Assembly (NCBI GenBank): GCA_041650335.1
Contig: JBAZLK010000001.1
Coordinates: forward strand, 36,940 to 100,939
Length of the DNA stretch: 64,000 bases
Direction of reading: 5' to 3'
Source of the DNA: Patescibacteria group bacterium
Lineage (GTDB): Bacteria > Patescibacteriota > Patescibacteriia > JAHIZJ01
Made by a program: the position numbers and the translations under genes
Shown: positions 8,790-18,618 of the stretch, piece after piece
How the letters are laid out: each line of letters starts with the position of its first letter
How positions within the stretch are numbered: the stretch's first letter is position 1
The notes under the pieces: generated by a model
Told to the model about the DNA's origin: nothing
The model's input: only the letters and a program-made list of their open reading frames with translations
Databases searched by the model: none

Positions 8790-10022
8790 TCAGTCCTGGG
8801 TCGCCAACTGCAGCCAGTAGGCGACCCCCAACACGAGCGCGCGCTCGTCGGGGTTGAAGAGAGGTCTGTGGTGCCCGTGGCCGTGGACAGCCTGCTCAGC
8901 CGGTGTGATACCGCCGGCACCCAGGAACATGAAGTTCCCCGGGAAGCCAGCGTTGTGAAACTGGCCGAAGGACTCGCCGCCGAGTATCTGGTCCATCTCG
9001 GCGACATGAGCAACGGGATTGTCGTGGGACAGCCGAGCCCAGGCGGCAACTTCGTGAGCCGCCCGTCGAGCGGCTTCCGTGGGAAGCGGATCGTTGATCG
9101 TGGGAATGTGTCCGGCCGGGTGGTCGACGCTGATTTCCACGTCCGGCCAGGCGGTCCGGAACGACTCGATGATGCGGTCGAGGCAGGTGTGCATTCCGTC
9201 GTAGGTCTCGCGGTCGAGTGCTCGAAACGTGAATTCGAACTCGATCACCGAGGGAACAACGTTCGCTGATTGCGCCGGAGTTGGAGCGGCGCAATGAACG
9301 AATCCCTTGGGCTGGAATTTGCGGGTCAGGCTTCCGGCGAGTTTCGTGACCAGCCAAGCATAGGCGTCGATCGGACTGACGATCGAGCCCTGCCCATACT
9401 CCATGGCGTGGCCGCCCCTGGCACGGAGCGTGATCTTCGGCCGGTCGCTGTAGCATGAGATCGTTCCGACACAGGTCAGGAAGGTGCCGGTCGGGTACAC
9501 GACGCCACAGTGGGACGTGAGCACGTGCAGGCCATGGACCTCGTCCAGGCCGTGGCCCCCGCCTTCGGCGAGCAGCTTCGGCTCGCCCCCAGGCGGAATC
9601 TCCTCGGCCCTGGTGAAGAGAAGCCGGATATTCCGTGTCAGAGATGCGCGGTTGGACACGAGACGCCCGGCAGCCATCAGGAGCATGGCCACGTGGCAGT
9701 CGTGCCCGCAGGCATGCATGACTCCGGGCACGGTCGAAGCGTACTCGAGTCCGGTCTCTTCCTCGATCGGCAGGGCGTCCATGTCCGCCCTGAAGCCGAT
9801 GCGCGGAGCAGTGGTTCCGAGCGACGAGCTGTCGATGTCGCAGATGATTCCGCCGGTGATGATCTTCGGCGAGAGACCCATCTGCTGCAGTAGAGTGATG
9901 ACTCGCTCGGCCGTTGCCGTTTCGAGCCAGCCCAGCTCGGGCTGGCGGTGAAGATCTCGACGAAGAGCGATCAGCATTGCCTCGGCTTGGCCGAGAAGAC
10001 TGTCGAACAGAGATAACGGCAT
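8790..10022 (-). CDS. M20 family amidohydrolase
   Basis: RRDLHRQPEL, RADMDALPI, MHACGHDCH, AEE, GGHA and HH.P.F motifs. ATG 10022 is preceded by SD AGGAGG. Confidence 0.88.
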   Translation of the reverse strand: MPLSLFDSLLGQAEAMLIALRRDLHRQPELGWLETATAERVITLLQQMGLSPKIITGGIICDIDSSSLGTTAPRIGFRADMDALPIEEETGLEYASTVPGVMHACGHDCHVAMLLMAAGRLVSNRASLTRNIRLLFTRAEEIPPGGEPKLLAEGGGHGLDEVHGLHVLTSHCGVVYPTGTFLTCVGTISCYSDRPKITLRARGGHAMEYGQGSIVSPIDAYAWLVTKLAGSLTRKFQPKGFVHCAAPTPAQSANVVPSVIEFEFTFRALDRETYDGMHTCLDRIIESFRTAWPDVEISVDHPAGHIPTINDPLPTEAARRAAHEVAAWARLSHDNPVAHVAEMDQILGGESFGQFHNAGFPGNFMFLGAGGITPAEQAVHGHGHHRPLFNPDERALVLGVAYWLQLATQD

Positions 10023-10132
10023 AGGTACCCTCCTGTGTTCGTCCGTGGTATCCAACGCGACTCATCTATGTATGCACATCAAGGTTCGCCTTGATAAAAC
10101 CAAAGATGTGAAAAGGGCGCAATGTAACCAGG

Positions 10133-10162
10133 TACTATAGACGAAAAACTTGAAATTGTCAA
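10133..10162 (-). promoter_or_regulatory. Sigma70 promoter TTGACA-N17-TATAGT for the amidohydrolase
   Basis: The minus strand reads ttgacaatttcaagtttttcgtctatagt. Confidence 0.6.
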
Positions 10163-10228
10163 GGGTTTTCAGTGAAATATAGGTGATTTGTATTTTTTCA
10201 AAAGTTATGCTATAATAAGTTCACGTTT

Positions 10229-11173
10229 ATGGAGAAAATTACCCTTCCATTTAGCCAAATTGATATTTCATCTGTTCCCGACGCCGGTGGGAAGGGTGCC
10301 AATCTCGGCGAGCTGACAAAAGCCGGCATTCCGGTACCGCCCGGATTCGTTGTCACGGCCACGGCGTTCAAGAAATATCTCGAGCTGTCAGACCTTGATG
10401 TCGAACTCGACGCCATCCTTGATGAACTGAAGATAGAGGACGTCAGTTCGGTCGAACGCGAGTCGCGGAAGATGCGTTCGCTCATTCAACGAGAGAAAAT
10501 ACCTGAAGCGATAAGCCAAGAAATCAAAACAGCGTTTCGTCATTTACGGGCCAAGTACGTGGCCGTGCGCTCCTCGGCTACGGCTGAGGATTCAAAAGTG
10601 GCTTCCTGGGCAGGCGAGCTCGAAACCTACCTCTTTATCACCGACAAGGAGCTTCTCGCCGCTGTTCGGAAATGCTGGTCATCGCTCTATACGCCGCGGG
10701 CTTTGTTCTACCGATTTGAAAAGAAACTGCACAACAAGATGATCCGCGTCGCGGTCGTCGTGCAGAAAATGATCAATGCAAAGGTTTCCGGTATCGCCTT
10801 TACCACCCACCCGGTGACGCGCGACCCAAATCAGCTGATTATTGAAGCGGGGTGGGGTTTGGGTGAGGCGATCGTGTCAGGGCAGATAACGCCTGACGCC
10901 TACGTCCTGGACAAGGCAGATAACACCTTGATTGACGTAAACGTAAACCGGCAGGAGATGATGATCGTGCCGGCTGTGCCGAAGGGTACAAAAAAAGTGA
11001 GCGTGCCGCGAGCGAAGCAAGAAAAACAAAAACTGACCAAAAGCCAGATTCTTACGCTGGTCGACATCCTCCGGCGGATCGAAAAATATTATGGTAGCCC
11101 ACAGGACATCGAGTGGGCGTTTAACGGGCAAAATTTCTATATTGTTCAGACGCGCCCAATAACCACGCTTTAA
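10229..11173 (+). CDS. Stand-alone PEP/pyruvate-binding (ATP-grasp) domain of the PEP synthase/PPDK family
   Basis: GGKGANLGEL, VAVRSSATAED, VVVQKM, GLGEAIVSG and DIEWA...VQTRPIT. The protein ends right after this domain. Confidence 0.88.
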   Translation: MEKITLPFSQIDISSVPDAGGKGANLGELTKAGIPVPPGFVVTATAFKKYLELSDLDVELDAILDELKIEDVSSVERESRKMRSLIQREKIPEAISQEIKTAFRHLRAKYVAVRSSATAEDSKVASWAGELETYLFITDKELLAAVRKCWSSLYTPRALFYRFEKKLHNKMIRVAVVVQKMINAKVSGIAFTTHPVTRDPNQLIIEAGWGLGEAIVSGQITPDAYVLDKADNTLIDVNVNRQEMMIVPAVPKGTKKVSVPRAKQEKQKLTKSQILTLVDILRRIEKYYGSPQDIEWAFNGQNFYIVQTRPITTL

Positions 11174-11175
11174 TT

Positions 11176-12993
11176 ATGGAGCTAGCCGGTACATCACCGC
11201 AGGCCAAAACAAACGGCGCAGACAATCTTGCCGATCAGATTCTTGACGCACTCCAAAGTCAGTCGTCGAAGCACGCCCTGACTCTGCTTTTCCAGCTCCA
11301 AACCAAAGAACAAACGGCGGCGCTGCCCGCTGACCTCCAGGAACAGAAACAGCGCCTGCAAATCATTGCTATCCCGTTGCTCTCGGCCAACGAGCTGGTT
11401 TCGATTTTTCAAAAAAATCTCGGGCCGGTACTCGAATTTAATGTCGGCGATCGTTTGAAACGCCGATTCGTGTCGTTACCGTTACGCGACCAGGACGAGC
11501 TGAAACAGAATATTCAGTCGGCTCTCGAATTAAACACGCTCCCGTTTGTATCGGGCGTCGTGGCTTCGCCGGCGGCCTGGATCGAGCAATATAATCTGCG
11601 ACACGGACAATATGCCGATTTCTTAAAGAATAACGTAGCCTATATTTCCCTGACGAAAGAAGAGCAACTGAAGGTTGAGCGTCTCATGCGGCTGTATCAG
11701 CAGATTTCCGCGCCCTCCACGTCACCGGCTGGGATCGAGGACGAGATGTTGGTGAAGGATGAACAAGGGAAATTTCAGGTATTGCGCGAGGGACACTTCA
11801 TCGAACTGAACGCCGAGCCCATCGAAACCCCGCCGACTCCGAGTCCAAGCATCCAGCCAGTCCCACCAAAACAAGGTATTCCGCCGTCGCCGGTTGTGAC
11901 GATCCCGGTCGCGCCGACAGTGCCACCGCGGCCGACAGTCCCGCCCAGAACCGATCTCCCGAAGCCAGCGGCGGCGCCAGTCCAGCCGGTTTCCCGGCCG
12001 ATTATTCCGCAGCCGCGTCCCAGCCCAGCCAGCCAAAGCCCGACCGCTGATTTCTATTTTCATCGCGAAGATGAGGAGGAGGTGAATCGCTATCGGACGC
12101 GGCTCGCCGACGCTGCCATGCCAACCGGCGTCAATATTGAACAGATCGCCGATCGGCTGATCCGCGATTTTCGTTTGACCTTTGCCAATGACGCGTTACG
12201 TTCGCGCTTTGTCAGCATCATCGTTTCCCGCCTGAAAGACGTACGCGATTTGATTGAAACAAAGAACATGCTCATGCGGCCGATTGAGGTCGGCGGCATT
12301 GGTCTGCCGGAAACGCTCGTGATGCAAATTCTTTCTCAGGTTGAGGAGGAAATACTGACTTTACATAATCGGCCAGCTGAGCCGGTCAGTCAGAAAAAAC
12401 CACCCGAACCGGCTCCCGTCAAACCGCCTGAGGAGCCAATTACGCCACCGGCTGCTCAAATGCCGCCAGTGATCGCGCCGACAGTACCGTCGCGGCCGAC
12501 AGTCCCGCCCAGAACCGATCTCCCGAAGCCAGCGGCGGTGGTTCAACCAACGCCAATTCAGCCGCGCCAACCTGTGACGAGTCAGCCTGCAAAATCGGGC
12601 ACGACCATTGTAAAACGGCCTGTTGAGACAATGCGGCCGGTCATGTCGGACATAAAGCCGCCGGCCAAGACTGTCGGACCAGTTGAAGAAATTCTTCGCC
12701 TGACGCCTGACGATTACCGTCGTCTCGGAAAGACCTTGGCCGAAGCGAATGATAAAATCGCTGAAAAACTCGACCTGCTGGAAGAGGATTCATATCTCAG
12801 ACGGGCCGAGGGCGTAAAAGCCTGGAAGAAGAACGCCGTTCACCGGCTTTATCTCGAGATCGGCCGGGAAAGCATGGAGCGGAACATGGCCATTTCGGAC
12901 GTTATTCGCCAGCGTCAGGAAGCGAATCGCCCGACCGTAACCGAGGAGGAATTTCACGCCATCGCTGATTTAAATAAGCGGATAAGTTTCTAG
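11176..12993 (+). CDS. Proline-rich hypothetical protein heading the PrgI/VirB4 cluster
   Basis: 605-aa ORF with two Pro-rich linkers separating globular segments, packed tightly between flanking genes. Confidence 0.7.
   Translation: MELAGTSPQAKTNGADNLADQILDALQSQSSKHALTLLFQLQTKEQTAALPADLQEQKQRLQIIAIPLLSANELVSIFQKNLGPVLEFNVGDRLKRRFVSLPLRDQDELKQNIQSALELNTLPFVSGVVASPAAWIEQYNLRHGQYADFLKNNVAYISLTKEEQLKVERLMRLYQQISAPSTSPAGIEDEMLVKDEQGKFQVLREGHFIELNAEPIETPPTPSPSIQPVPPKQGIPPSPVVTIPVAPTVPPRPTVPPRTDLPKPAAAPVQPVSRPIIPQPRPSPASQSPTADFYFHREDEEEVNRYRTRLADAAMPTGVNIEQIADRLIRDFRLTFANDALRSRFVSIIVSRLKDVRDLIETKNMLMRPIEVGGIGLPETLVMQILSQVEEEILTLHNRPAEPVSQKKPPEPAPVKPPEEPITPPAAQMPPVIAPTVPSRPTVPPRTDLPKPAAVVQPTPIQPRQPVTSQPAKSGTTIVKRPVETMRPVMSDIKPPAKTVGPVEEILRLTPDDYRRLGKTLAEANDKIAEKLDLLEEDSYLRRAEGVKAWKKNAVHRLYLEIGRESMERNMAISDVIRQRQEANRPTVTEEEFHAIADLNKRISF
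11909..12538 (+). repeat. 66-bp intragenic direct repeat (11909-11974 and 12473-12538)
   Basis: Three mismatches between copies. It encodes APTVP(P/S)RPTVPPRTDLPKPAA. Confidence 0.9.
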
Positions 12994-12999
12994 GGGAGC

Positions 13000-13455
13000 A
13001 TGCCACTTCAATTCACTGTGCCACAATTCATCGATGTTGAAGACAAGATCTTCGGTCCGATCTCGGTCCGTCAATTCGTTATTATTTTAATTGGGATCGG
13101 TGTGGTCGTGATGCTGTATTTCGTGTTAACATTTACATTGTTCATCCTTGCCGCTCCGCTCGCCTGTGGCGTGATCGCCATCTTTGCCTTCTTTAAGATA
13201 AATGGCCAGCATTTTCACCTTTTTCTCCTCAACGTCGCGACCACCTTCCGTCGTCCGCGCATCAAACTGTGGCATAAACACTTGGATGATGACGAGATCC
13301 AAGAGGAAAAAGCGAAGGAAAAGGTCGGTTCAGAAGGCGGCGGACCGCCGAAGGTCACTCCGACGAAAAGCCGTCTGCGGGAGCTTTCTCTGATCGTCGA
13401 CACCGGTGGCGCCTACGGCGAGGAATCCTGGCAGGTAACTCGCGATATCCGATAG
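13000..13455 (+). CDS. prgI: PrgI family (VirB3-like) membrane protein
   Basis: QFTVPQFIDVEDKIFGPISVRQF followed by two TM helices, upstream of VirB4. Confidence 0.8.
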   Translation: MPLQFTVPQFIDVEDKIFGPISVRQFVIILIGIGVVVMLYFVLTFTLFILAAPLACGVIAIFAFFKINGQHFHLFLLNVATTFRRPRIKLWHKHLDDDEIQEEKAKEKVGSEGGGPPKVTPTKSRLRELSLIVDTGGAYGEESWQVTRDIR

Positions 13456-13468
13456 CTAACAAACATTC

Positions 13469-14152
13469 ATGCCTACTCCACAGAACAAACAGCGCAAAAA
13501 CACTCCCTCGACTCAGCGGTTCGTGCCGATCGCTGAAATTAAGGATGACGCCGTCATCCTAAAAGACGGGACCATCCGAGGCGTTATCCTGGTTTCCTCG
13601 ATCAATTTTGCTTTGAAGTCGGAAGACGAACAAAACGCCATCATTCAGGCCTACACTCAGTTTCTCAACTCATTTGAATTCCCGGTGCAGGTAGTGATTC
13701 AATCGCGGAAACTTGATATCGATGAATACCTCCAACGGCTCGAGAAGGTTGAAAAGGAGCAAATGAACGAGTTGTTAAAAATGCAGACCCGGGAATACCG
13801 CCAGTTTGTAAACGAACTGATCGAATTGGCTGATATTATGAGCAAGCGTTTCTATGTCATTGTCCCGTACGCGCCGGTAACGAAAAAATCCTCGAAGAAA
13901 TTTTTTGACCGGGTCCAGGAATTATTTGCGCCCAGCCGGATTATTCAACTGAAAAAAAGCCAATTTGAAAAATACCACACCGAACTGGCGAAGCGGGTTG
14001 ATTTCTTGATCAGCGGCTTGAACGCCATGGGCTTAAAAGCCGTCGGCCTTGATACGCAGAGTCTGATCGAACTGTATTACAATACATATAATCCAGAGAC
14101 CTACGACCACCAAGAATTGGTCCAGGTTGATCGCATTCAAGTGGAGCACTAA
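13469..14152 (+). CDS. TraC/VirB4 N-terminal-like protein of the T4SS-like cluster
   Basis: STQRFVPIAEIKDD...SSINFALKSEDEQ...KRFYVIVPY...YYNTYNP, located between prgI and virB4. Confidence 0.65.
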   Translation: MPTPQNKQRKNTPSTQRFVPIAEIKDDAVILKDGTIRGVILVSSINFALKSEDEQNAIIQAYTQFLNSFEFPVQVVIQSRKLDIDEYLQRLEKVEKEQMNELLKMQTREYRQFVNELIELADIMSKRFYVIVPYAPVTKKSSKKFFDRVQELFAPSRIIQLKKSQFEKYHTELAKRVDFLISGLNAMGLKAVGLDTQSLIELYYNTYNPETYDHQELVQVDRIQVEH

Positions 14153-14154
14153 TT

Positions 14155-16080
14155 ATGGCAAACCTCGATCTCTCGAAAAAACAAGCCGCGATACCGGAAG
14201 CAACCCAGGCCAAGGTCATTTTAACGCCGCAACAAAAACGCGAGGCGGAGGCATTGGCTCTTGAGCGCGAGAAACGCGCGATTGAAGTCGAGCGGATCTA
14301 CCGCGAAGGCGTGGTGACGATCCGGGATCTGATCGCCCCGTCGTCTTTCCGGGTCATGCCGTCGTATGTCGAGTTGGGCAGCAAATTCGTCCGGACACTC
14401 TTCGTGGTGACCTATCCGCGTTATCTCACGGTCGGCTGGTTTGCGCCGATAGTCAATCTCAATTTCACGCTCGATATCTCGATGTATTTCTACCCGATCG
14501 GTTCCGACATTATTTTGAAGCAATTACGGAACAAAGTCGGTGCTCTCGAAGCACAAATCATGGCTGACGCTGAAAAGGGAGCGGCGCGCGATCCGATGCG
14601 AGAAACCGCGCTGCGCGACATTGAGAAGCTGCGCGATGATCTGACTCAGGGAACCGAGAAATTCTTCCAATTTTCTCTGTATGTCACCCTGTATGCGGAT
14701 TCGCTCAAGGAGCTAAATGAATTGACGGACCGCGTCGAAGGCATGCTCGGCTCACGTCTGGTTTATTCAAAGCGGGTGTTTTACCAGGCGGAACAGGGCT
14801 ATAATTCAACTCTGCCCATGGCGATCGACGAGATCAATGTGACCTTTAACATGAACACCTCGCCGGCCGCCTCGTCCTTCCCGTTTATATCGTCCGAGCT
14901 GACGAGCGACAACGGAATTCTTTACGGCATTAACCGCCACAACAACAGCTTGATCCTATTTGACCGTTTCAGTCTCCAGAATGCCAACTCCTGCGTTTTC
15001 GCCACCTCGGGCGCAGGCAAAAGCTATGCGGTCAAGCTTGAGGTGCTCCGCAGCTTAATGCTTGGCACAGACGTTATCATTATTGATCCGGAAAAGGAAT
15101 ATAAGTATCTCTGCGACGCGGTCGGCGGGGCCTACGTCAACATCTATCTCAACTCGGATTCAAAGATCAACCCATTTGATTTGCCGCGACCGGTCGGGGA
15201 GGCTGACCGACCGGCTGACATCATCCGTTCAGCCGTGATTACGTTGAAGGGGCTGCTCCGCTTGATGCTCGGGGAATTTACGCACGAGGAAGACTCGCTG
15301 GTTGACCGGGCGCTGATCGAAACCTACGCCAAGAAAGACATTACGGCTGATTCTGACCTGACGAAGATCGAAGCGCCGCTCATGTCTGATTTTGAAGAAG
15401 TTCTCGGCGGGATGGAGGGTGGCGACGGCTTAGTGAAGCGGCTGAAGAAATTCACCGAGGGAACGTTTGCCGGTCTGTTTAATAGCCCAACGAACATTGA
15501 TGTTAAAAATCAACTGGTCGTGTTCAGCGTGCGGGATCTTGAAGACGAGCTGCGGCCGATTGCGATATATACCATCATCAATTATATCTGGAATGTTGTC
15601 CGGTCGGAAATGAAAAAGCGGATTATGGTTATCGATGAGGCGTGGTGGCTGATGCAGAACGAAGACTCGGCCAAATTCATCTATGCACTGGTTAAACGCT
15701 GCCGCAAATATTATCTTGGGGTGACGACGATCACGCAGGACGTAAACGACTTTTTGCGATCGCCGTACGGTCAGGCCATTGTCACAAACTCGTCATTGCA
15801 GCTGTTGCTCAAACAGTCGCCGGCCGGTGTTGATATTTTGGCAAAAACATTCTTACTGACAGAAGGCGAAAAATATTTGCTTCTTGAAAGCGGGGTTGGC
15901 GAGGGAATATTCTTTGCCGGTGCCCGCCATGCCGCCATCAAAGTTGTCGCCTCGTATACGGAGGATCAAATCATTACCTCGGATCCGAAGCAGCTGCTCG
16001 AGATTGAGGCCGCGAAGAAGGAATTCGCCGAATCAATGGCTCAAGAGGAGGACGTAAAGTCAGCTGCACCAAAACCATAG
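14155..16080 (+). CDS. virB4: VirB4-like type IV secretion ATPase
   Basis: Walker A ATSGAGKS, IIDPEKEY, Walker B MVIDEAW and RKY...ITQ motifs. Confidence 0.88.
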   Translation: MANLDLSKKQAAIPEATQAKVILTPQQKREAEALALEREKRAIEVERIYREGVVTIRDLIAPSSFRVMPSYVELGSKFVRTLFVVTYPRYLTVGWFAPIVNLNFTLDISMYFYPIGSDIILKQLRNKVGALEAQIMADAEKGAARDPMRETALRDIEKLRDDLTQGTEKFFQFSLYVTLYADSLKELNELTDRVEGMLGSRLVYSKRVFYQAEQGYNSTLPMAIDEINVTFNMNTSPAASSFPFISSELTSDNGILYGINRHNNSLILFDRFSLQNANSCVFATSGAGKSYAVKLEVLRSLMLGTDVIIIDPEKEYKYLCDAVGGAYVNIYLNSDSKINPFDLPRPVGEADRPADIIRSAVITLKGLLRLMLGEFTHEEDSLVDRALIETYAKKDITADSDLTKIEAPLMSDFEEVLGGMEGGDGLVKRLKKFTEGTFAGLFNSPTNIDVKNQLVVFSVRDLEDELRPIAIYTIINYIWNVVRSEMKKRIMVIDEAWWLMQNEDSAKFIYALVKRCRKYYLGVTTITQDVNDFLRSPYGQAIVTNSSLQLLLKQSPAGVDILAKTFLLTEGEKYLLLESGVGEGIFFAGARHAAIKVVASYTEDQIITSDPKQLLEIEAAKKEFAESMAQEEDVKSAAPKP

Positions 16081-16110
16081 ATAATTACGTAGGTTAAAAA
16101 ATACTATCGT

Positions 16111-16743
16111 ATGAAAGGGTTCCGCATTCTCATTATCGTGCTTGGAGGGCTGGCCGTTCTCGCCGCCGCGGCGCTGGTGGTTTTGCGATTGACGCAAAAG
16201 CCGACTACTGCGAATACCAATACGAATATTCCGGCAAATAATGCGGTGGTGAATACGACAAACGAAAACACCAACGCGTCAAATCTAAATGCCAACGCGA
16301 ATACGAATATCGTGAATACAAATACCGTACCGAGCAACACGAACACAAACACCGGGAGCACACCCGAAGCGAATCTCAAGGCGGTCGCGCGAAGTTTTGC
16401 TGAGCGCTTTGGAACATATTCGAACCACTCTGATTTTGAAAACATCGAGCACTTGATACCGTATATGAGCGAACGGATGAAAAAATGGGCGCAAAAATAT
16501 CTTGATGAGCAGCGGGACAAAACCGTCGATCAAAGCGTTTACTACGGCATGATTACCCGAACCATGTCGGTGAAACAGATCAGCTACGATTCTGATAATG
16601 GCACGGCTGAATTTCTGGTCACGACGCAGCGGAACGAGTCGACCGGTACAAGCTCGAATGCAAGAATATTTTACCAAGACCTCCAGATAAAATTTATTAA
16701 AGAGCAGTCGGTTTGGAAAGTAAACGAAGCCTGGTGGCAGTAA
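16111..16743 (+). CDS. Membrane-anchored protein with Asn/Thr-rich linker; possible VirB8/NTF2-like C-terminal domain
   Basis: N-terminal TM, NTNTN-rich stalk, then ARSFAERFGTYSN...WKVNEAWW. Confidence 0.6.
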   Translation: MKGFRILIIVLGGLAVLAAAALVVLRLTQKPTTANTNTNIPANNAVVNTTNENTNASNLNANANTNIVNTNTVPSNTNTNTGSTPEANLKAVARSFAERFGTYSNHSDFENIEHLIPYMSERMKKWAQKYLDEQRDKTVDQSVYYGMITRTMSVKQISYDSDNGTAEFLVTTQRNESTGTSSNARIFYQDLQIKFIKEQSVWKVNEAWWQ

Positions 16744-16752
16744 CGGGTTGAT

Positions 16753-17469
16753 ATGGCTACGAATGGAAACAATTTTGATGACGCGCTAGGGAAATCAAAG
16801 GAGAAACGACGCGAATTAGATGATCGAACCGGTCGTTCAAAATCGAGTCAAGAAGCGCTCAGTCGTCAGCTGGGACAAGATCCGAAGTCTTGGCACGATC
16901 AGCAAATTCGGCAGGGGAAAGACGCGTACACAAAAGACCGGCTAGCCAGTTCGATGGGCAGTTCAATCGGCGACGTCAATCAACCGCGTGGCATCCGGGG
17001 ACGAGTGGCTGACAAGATGGATCGATCGATACAGGATTTTGACGCCCGTCAGGGTGTTGCTGGCGCAGCCGGTGAACGGTCGGCCGCGAAACAGCTAGGT
17101 GGTGCTAAAGCCGCGGCGTTGAAAAAAGCAGCCGAAGGGGGAAGCGCTGAAGAAGTCGGCGAAGCAGCCGGTGCTGCCGCTCTTCAGGCAAAAAAGATAC
17201 AGCAATACCGGATGCTCCTGATGGTTTTGAAAGGAGTCAAGGTCGGCGCGGCGGCAACGGTGGTGGGAATAATCATCACGATCCTGATCTGGGTGGCTCA
17301 GGTAATCCTCTCAAAGGTCTTTGGCAAAAAAGAGTTTGAGCTCGATTTGTGGGAAAAGATCATCGCCTATCCAATTTGTTTTATCATTTTAGTCTTTGTG
17401 GTGACACAAATTGCAGTTCTTGTCCAAGCCCTTGGTTTAGTGAGTAGTGCCATCAATTGGATTTCCTAG
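16753..17469 (+). CDS. Hypothetical membrane protein
   Basis: Charged/Ala-rich N-terminus and two C-terminal hydrophobic helices, in the operon. Confidence 0.6.
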   Translation: MATNGNNFDDALGKSKEKRRELDDRTGRSKSSQEALSRQLGQDPKSWHDQQIRQGKDAYTKDRLASSMGSSIGDVNQPRGIRGRVADKMDRSIQDFDARQGVAGAAGERSAAKQLGGAKAAALKKAAEGGSAEEVGEAAGAAALQAKKIQQYRMLLMVLKGVKVGAAATVVGIIITILIWVAQVILSKVFGKKEFELDLWEKIIAYPICFIILVFVVTQIAVLVQALGLVSSAINWIS

Positions 17470-17529
17470 CCTCACTTGGGCACATGCGCTGGTTACGTAA
17501 TAGTGAAAAAGATGTGGTATAATACAGCT

Positions 17530-18618
17530 ATGAATAACACGGCAATAAAAAGACAAAGTCAGGCTCAACGGTGGTTTGGCGTCTTGATGTTGATATCGCT
17601 CGTGACCATGATGGTGTTAATGTTCGCGGCACCACATGTTGCGTTTGGCGCAGATCCAGAGACGAACCCTTGCGGTAAAGGCAAGGTAAAGCTCAATGTC
17701 AAGCTCGGCACGACCGAGTGCATCTCTGATATCACGCAATATACGAAGATTTTTTATAACCTTTTTATCGGGGTCATCGGCATCTTCGCTGCAGTCATGA
17801 TCATGTATGCCGGTTTTCAATGGATTTCCGCCTCCGGGAATTCGCAAAAAATTGAACGGGCCAAAGACAGTTTTACGTCAGCCATCATTGGCGTTGTGAT
17901 CGCGCTCATCTCGTACGTTTTATTGAATTTGATCAACCCCATGATCGTTAACCTGCAGCCAATCGCCCTGGAGACAATTACCGGCCAGGCGACCGTCGCG
18001 AACATGGAGCTCTGTAAAAACATGCTCGGCGATAATTGGTCGCAGCAAGTGATCAGTCCAAACGCCAGTTGCGGCGTGCCAAATAATTTAAAAGACGCGC
18101 AGGGTAAGCCAACGGGCGGCCTATGTTATGGACACGAATGCGGATCCGGCACCCAGTGTTTCAACGCGGCCGGTGTCTGGAGTTGTGGTGCCCCCGAGGA
18201 GAAATGCGAGGACGCGGACAGCGGTCGGTGCGCCGCTATCGATGCGATGCTCAGTAATCGTGATGAATTCGGCTGTATTGAACACGAGAATAAATGCGTC
18301 TATGGGCCGATCATACCCCTCCGTCAAGGACAGGGCACGGTCGGCGTTGCGCCAAATGAGTATGAGCGGATTAATTGCGAAACATCGCCAGAGGGTGTCT
18401 GCTGGAAAACGCACGCCTCCGGAGCGGCCCCAACAAAATGCAACGATTATTCCCGGTACAATATGCTGCTTTACTGTACCAACAATGATCGCGCCGTTCA
18501 GGGCGCGCAGTCGGTTTGCGTCCATAGAGTCGGCAGTGATCCGCCGGAATATTATCTCTGGACAGGCGAGGCGCAGGGTGACGATATTAGTATTGGCTTG
18601 TGTGCGGAAACGCTATGA
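17530..18618 (+). CDS. VirB2/TrbC-like pilin domain fused to a Cys-rich extension
   Basis: Pilin core IGIFAAVMIMYAGFQWISASGNSQKIERAK...AIIGVVIALISYVLLNLINP, followed by a C-terminal region with many Cys. Confidence 0.75.
   Translation: MNNTAIKRQSQAQRWFGVLMLISLVTMMVLMFAAPHVAFGADPETNPCGKGKVKLNVKLGTTECISDITQYTKIFYNLFIGVIGIFAAVMIMYAGFQWISASGNSQKIERAKDSFTSAIIGVVIALISYVLLNLINPMIVNLQPIALETITGQATVANMELCKNMLGDNWSQQVISPNASCGVPNNLKDAQGKPTGGLCYGHECGSGTQCFNAAGVWSCGAPEEKCEDADSGRCAAIDAMLSNRDEFGCIEHENKCVYGPIIPLRQGQGTVGVAPNEYERINCETSPEGVCWKTHASGAAPTKCNDYSRYNMLLYCTNNDRAVQGAQSVCVHRVGSDPPEYYLWTGEAQGDDISIGLCAETL

Noticed and set aside
8896-10065. 389-aa Arg-rich ORF overlapping the amidohydrolase
   Set aside because: Alternate-frame artefact of GC-rich codon usage.
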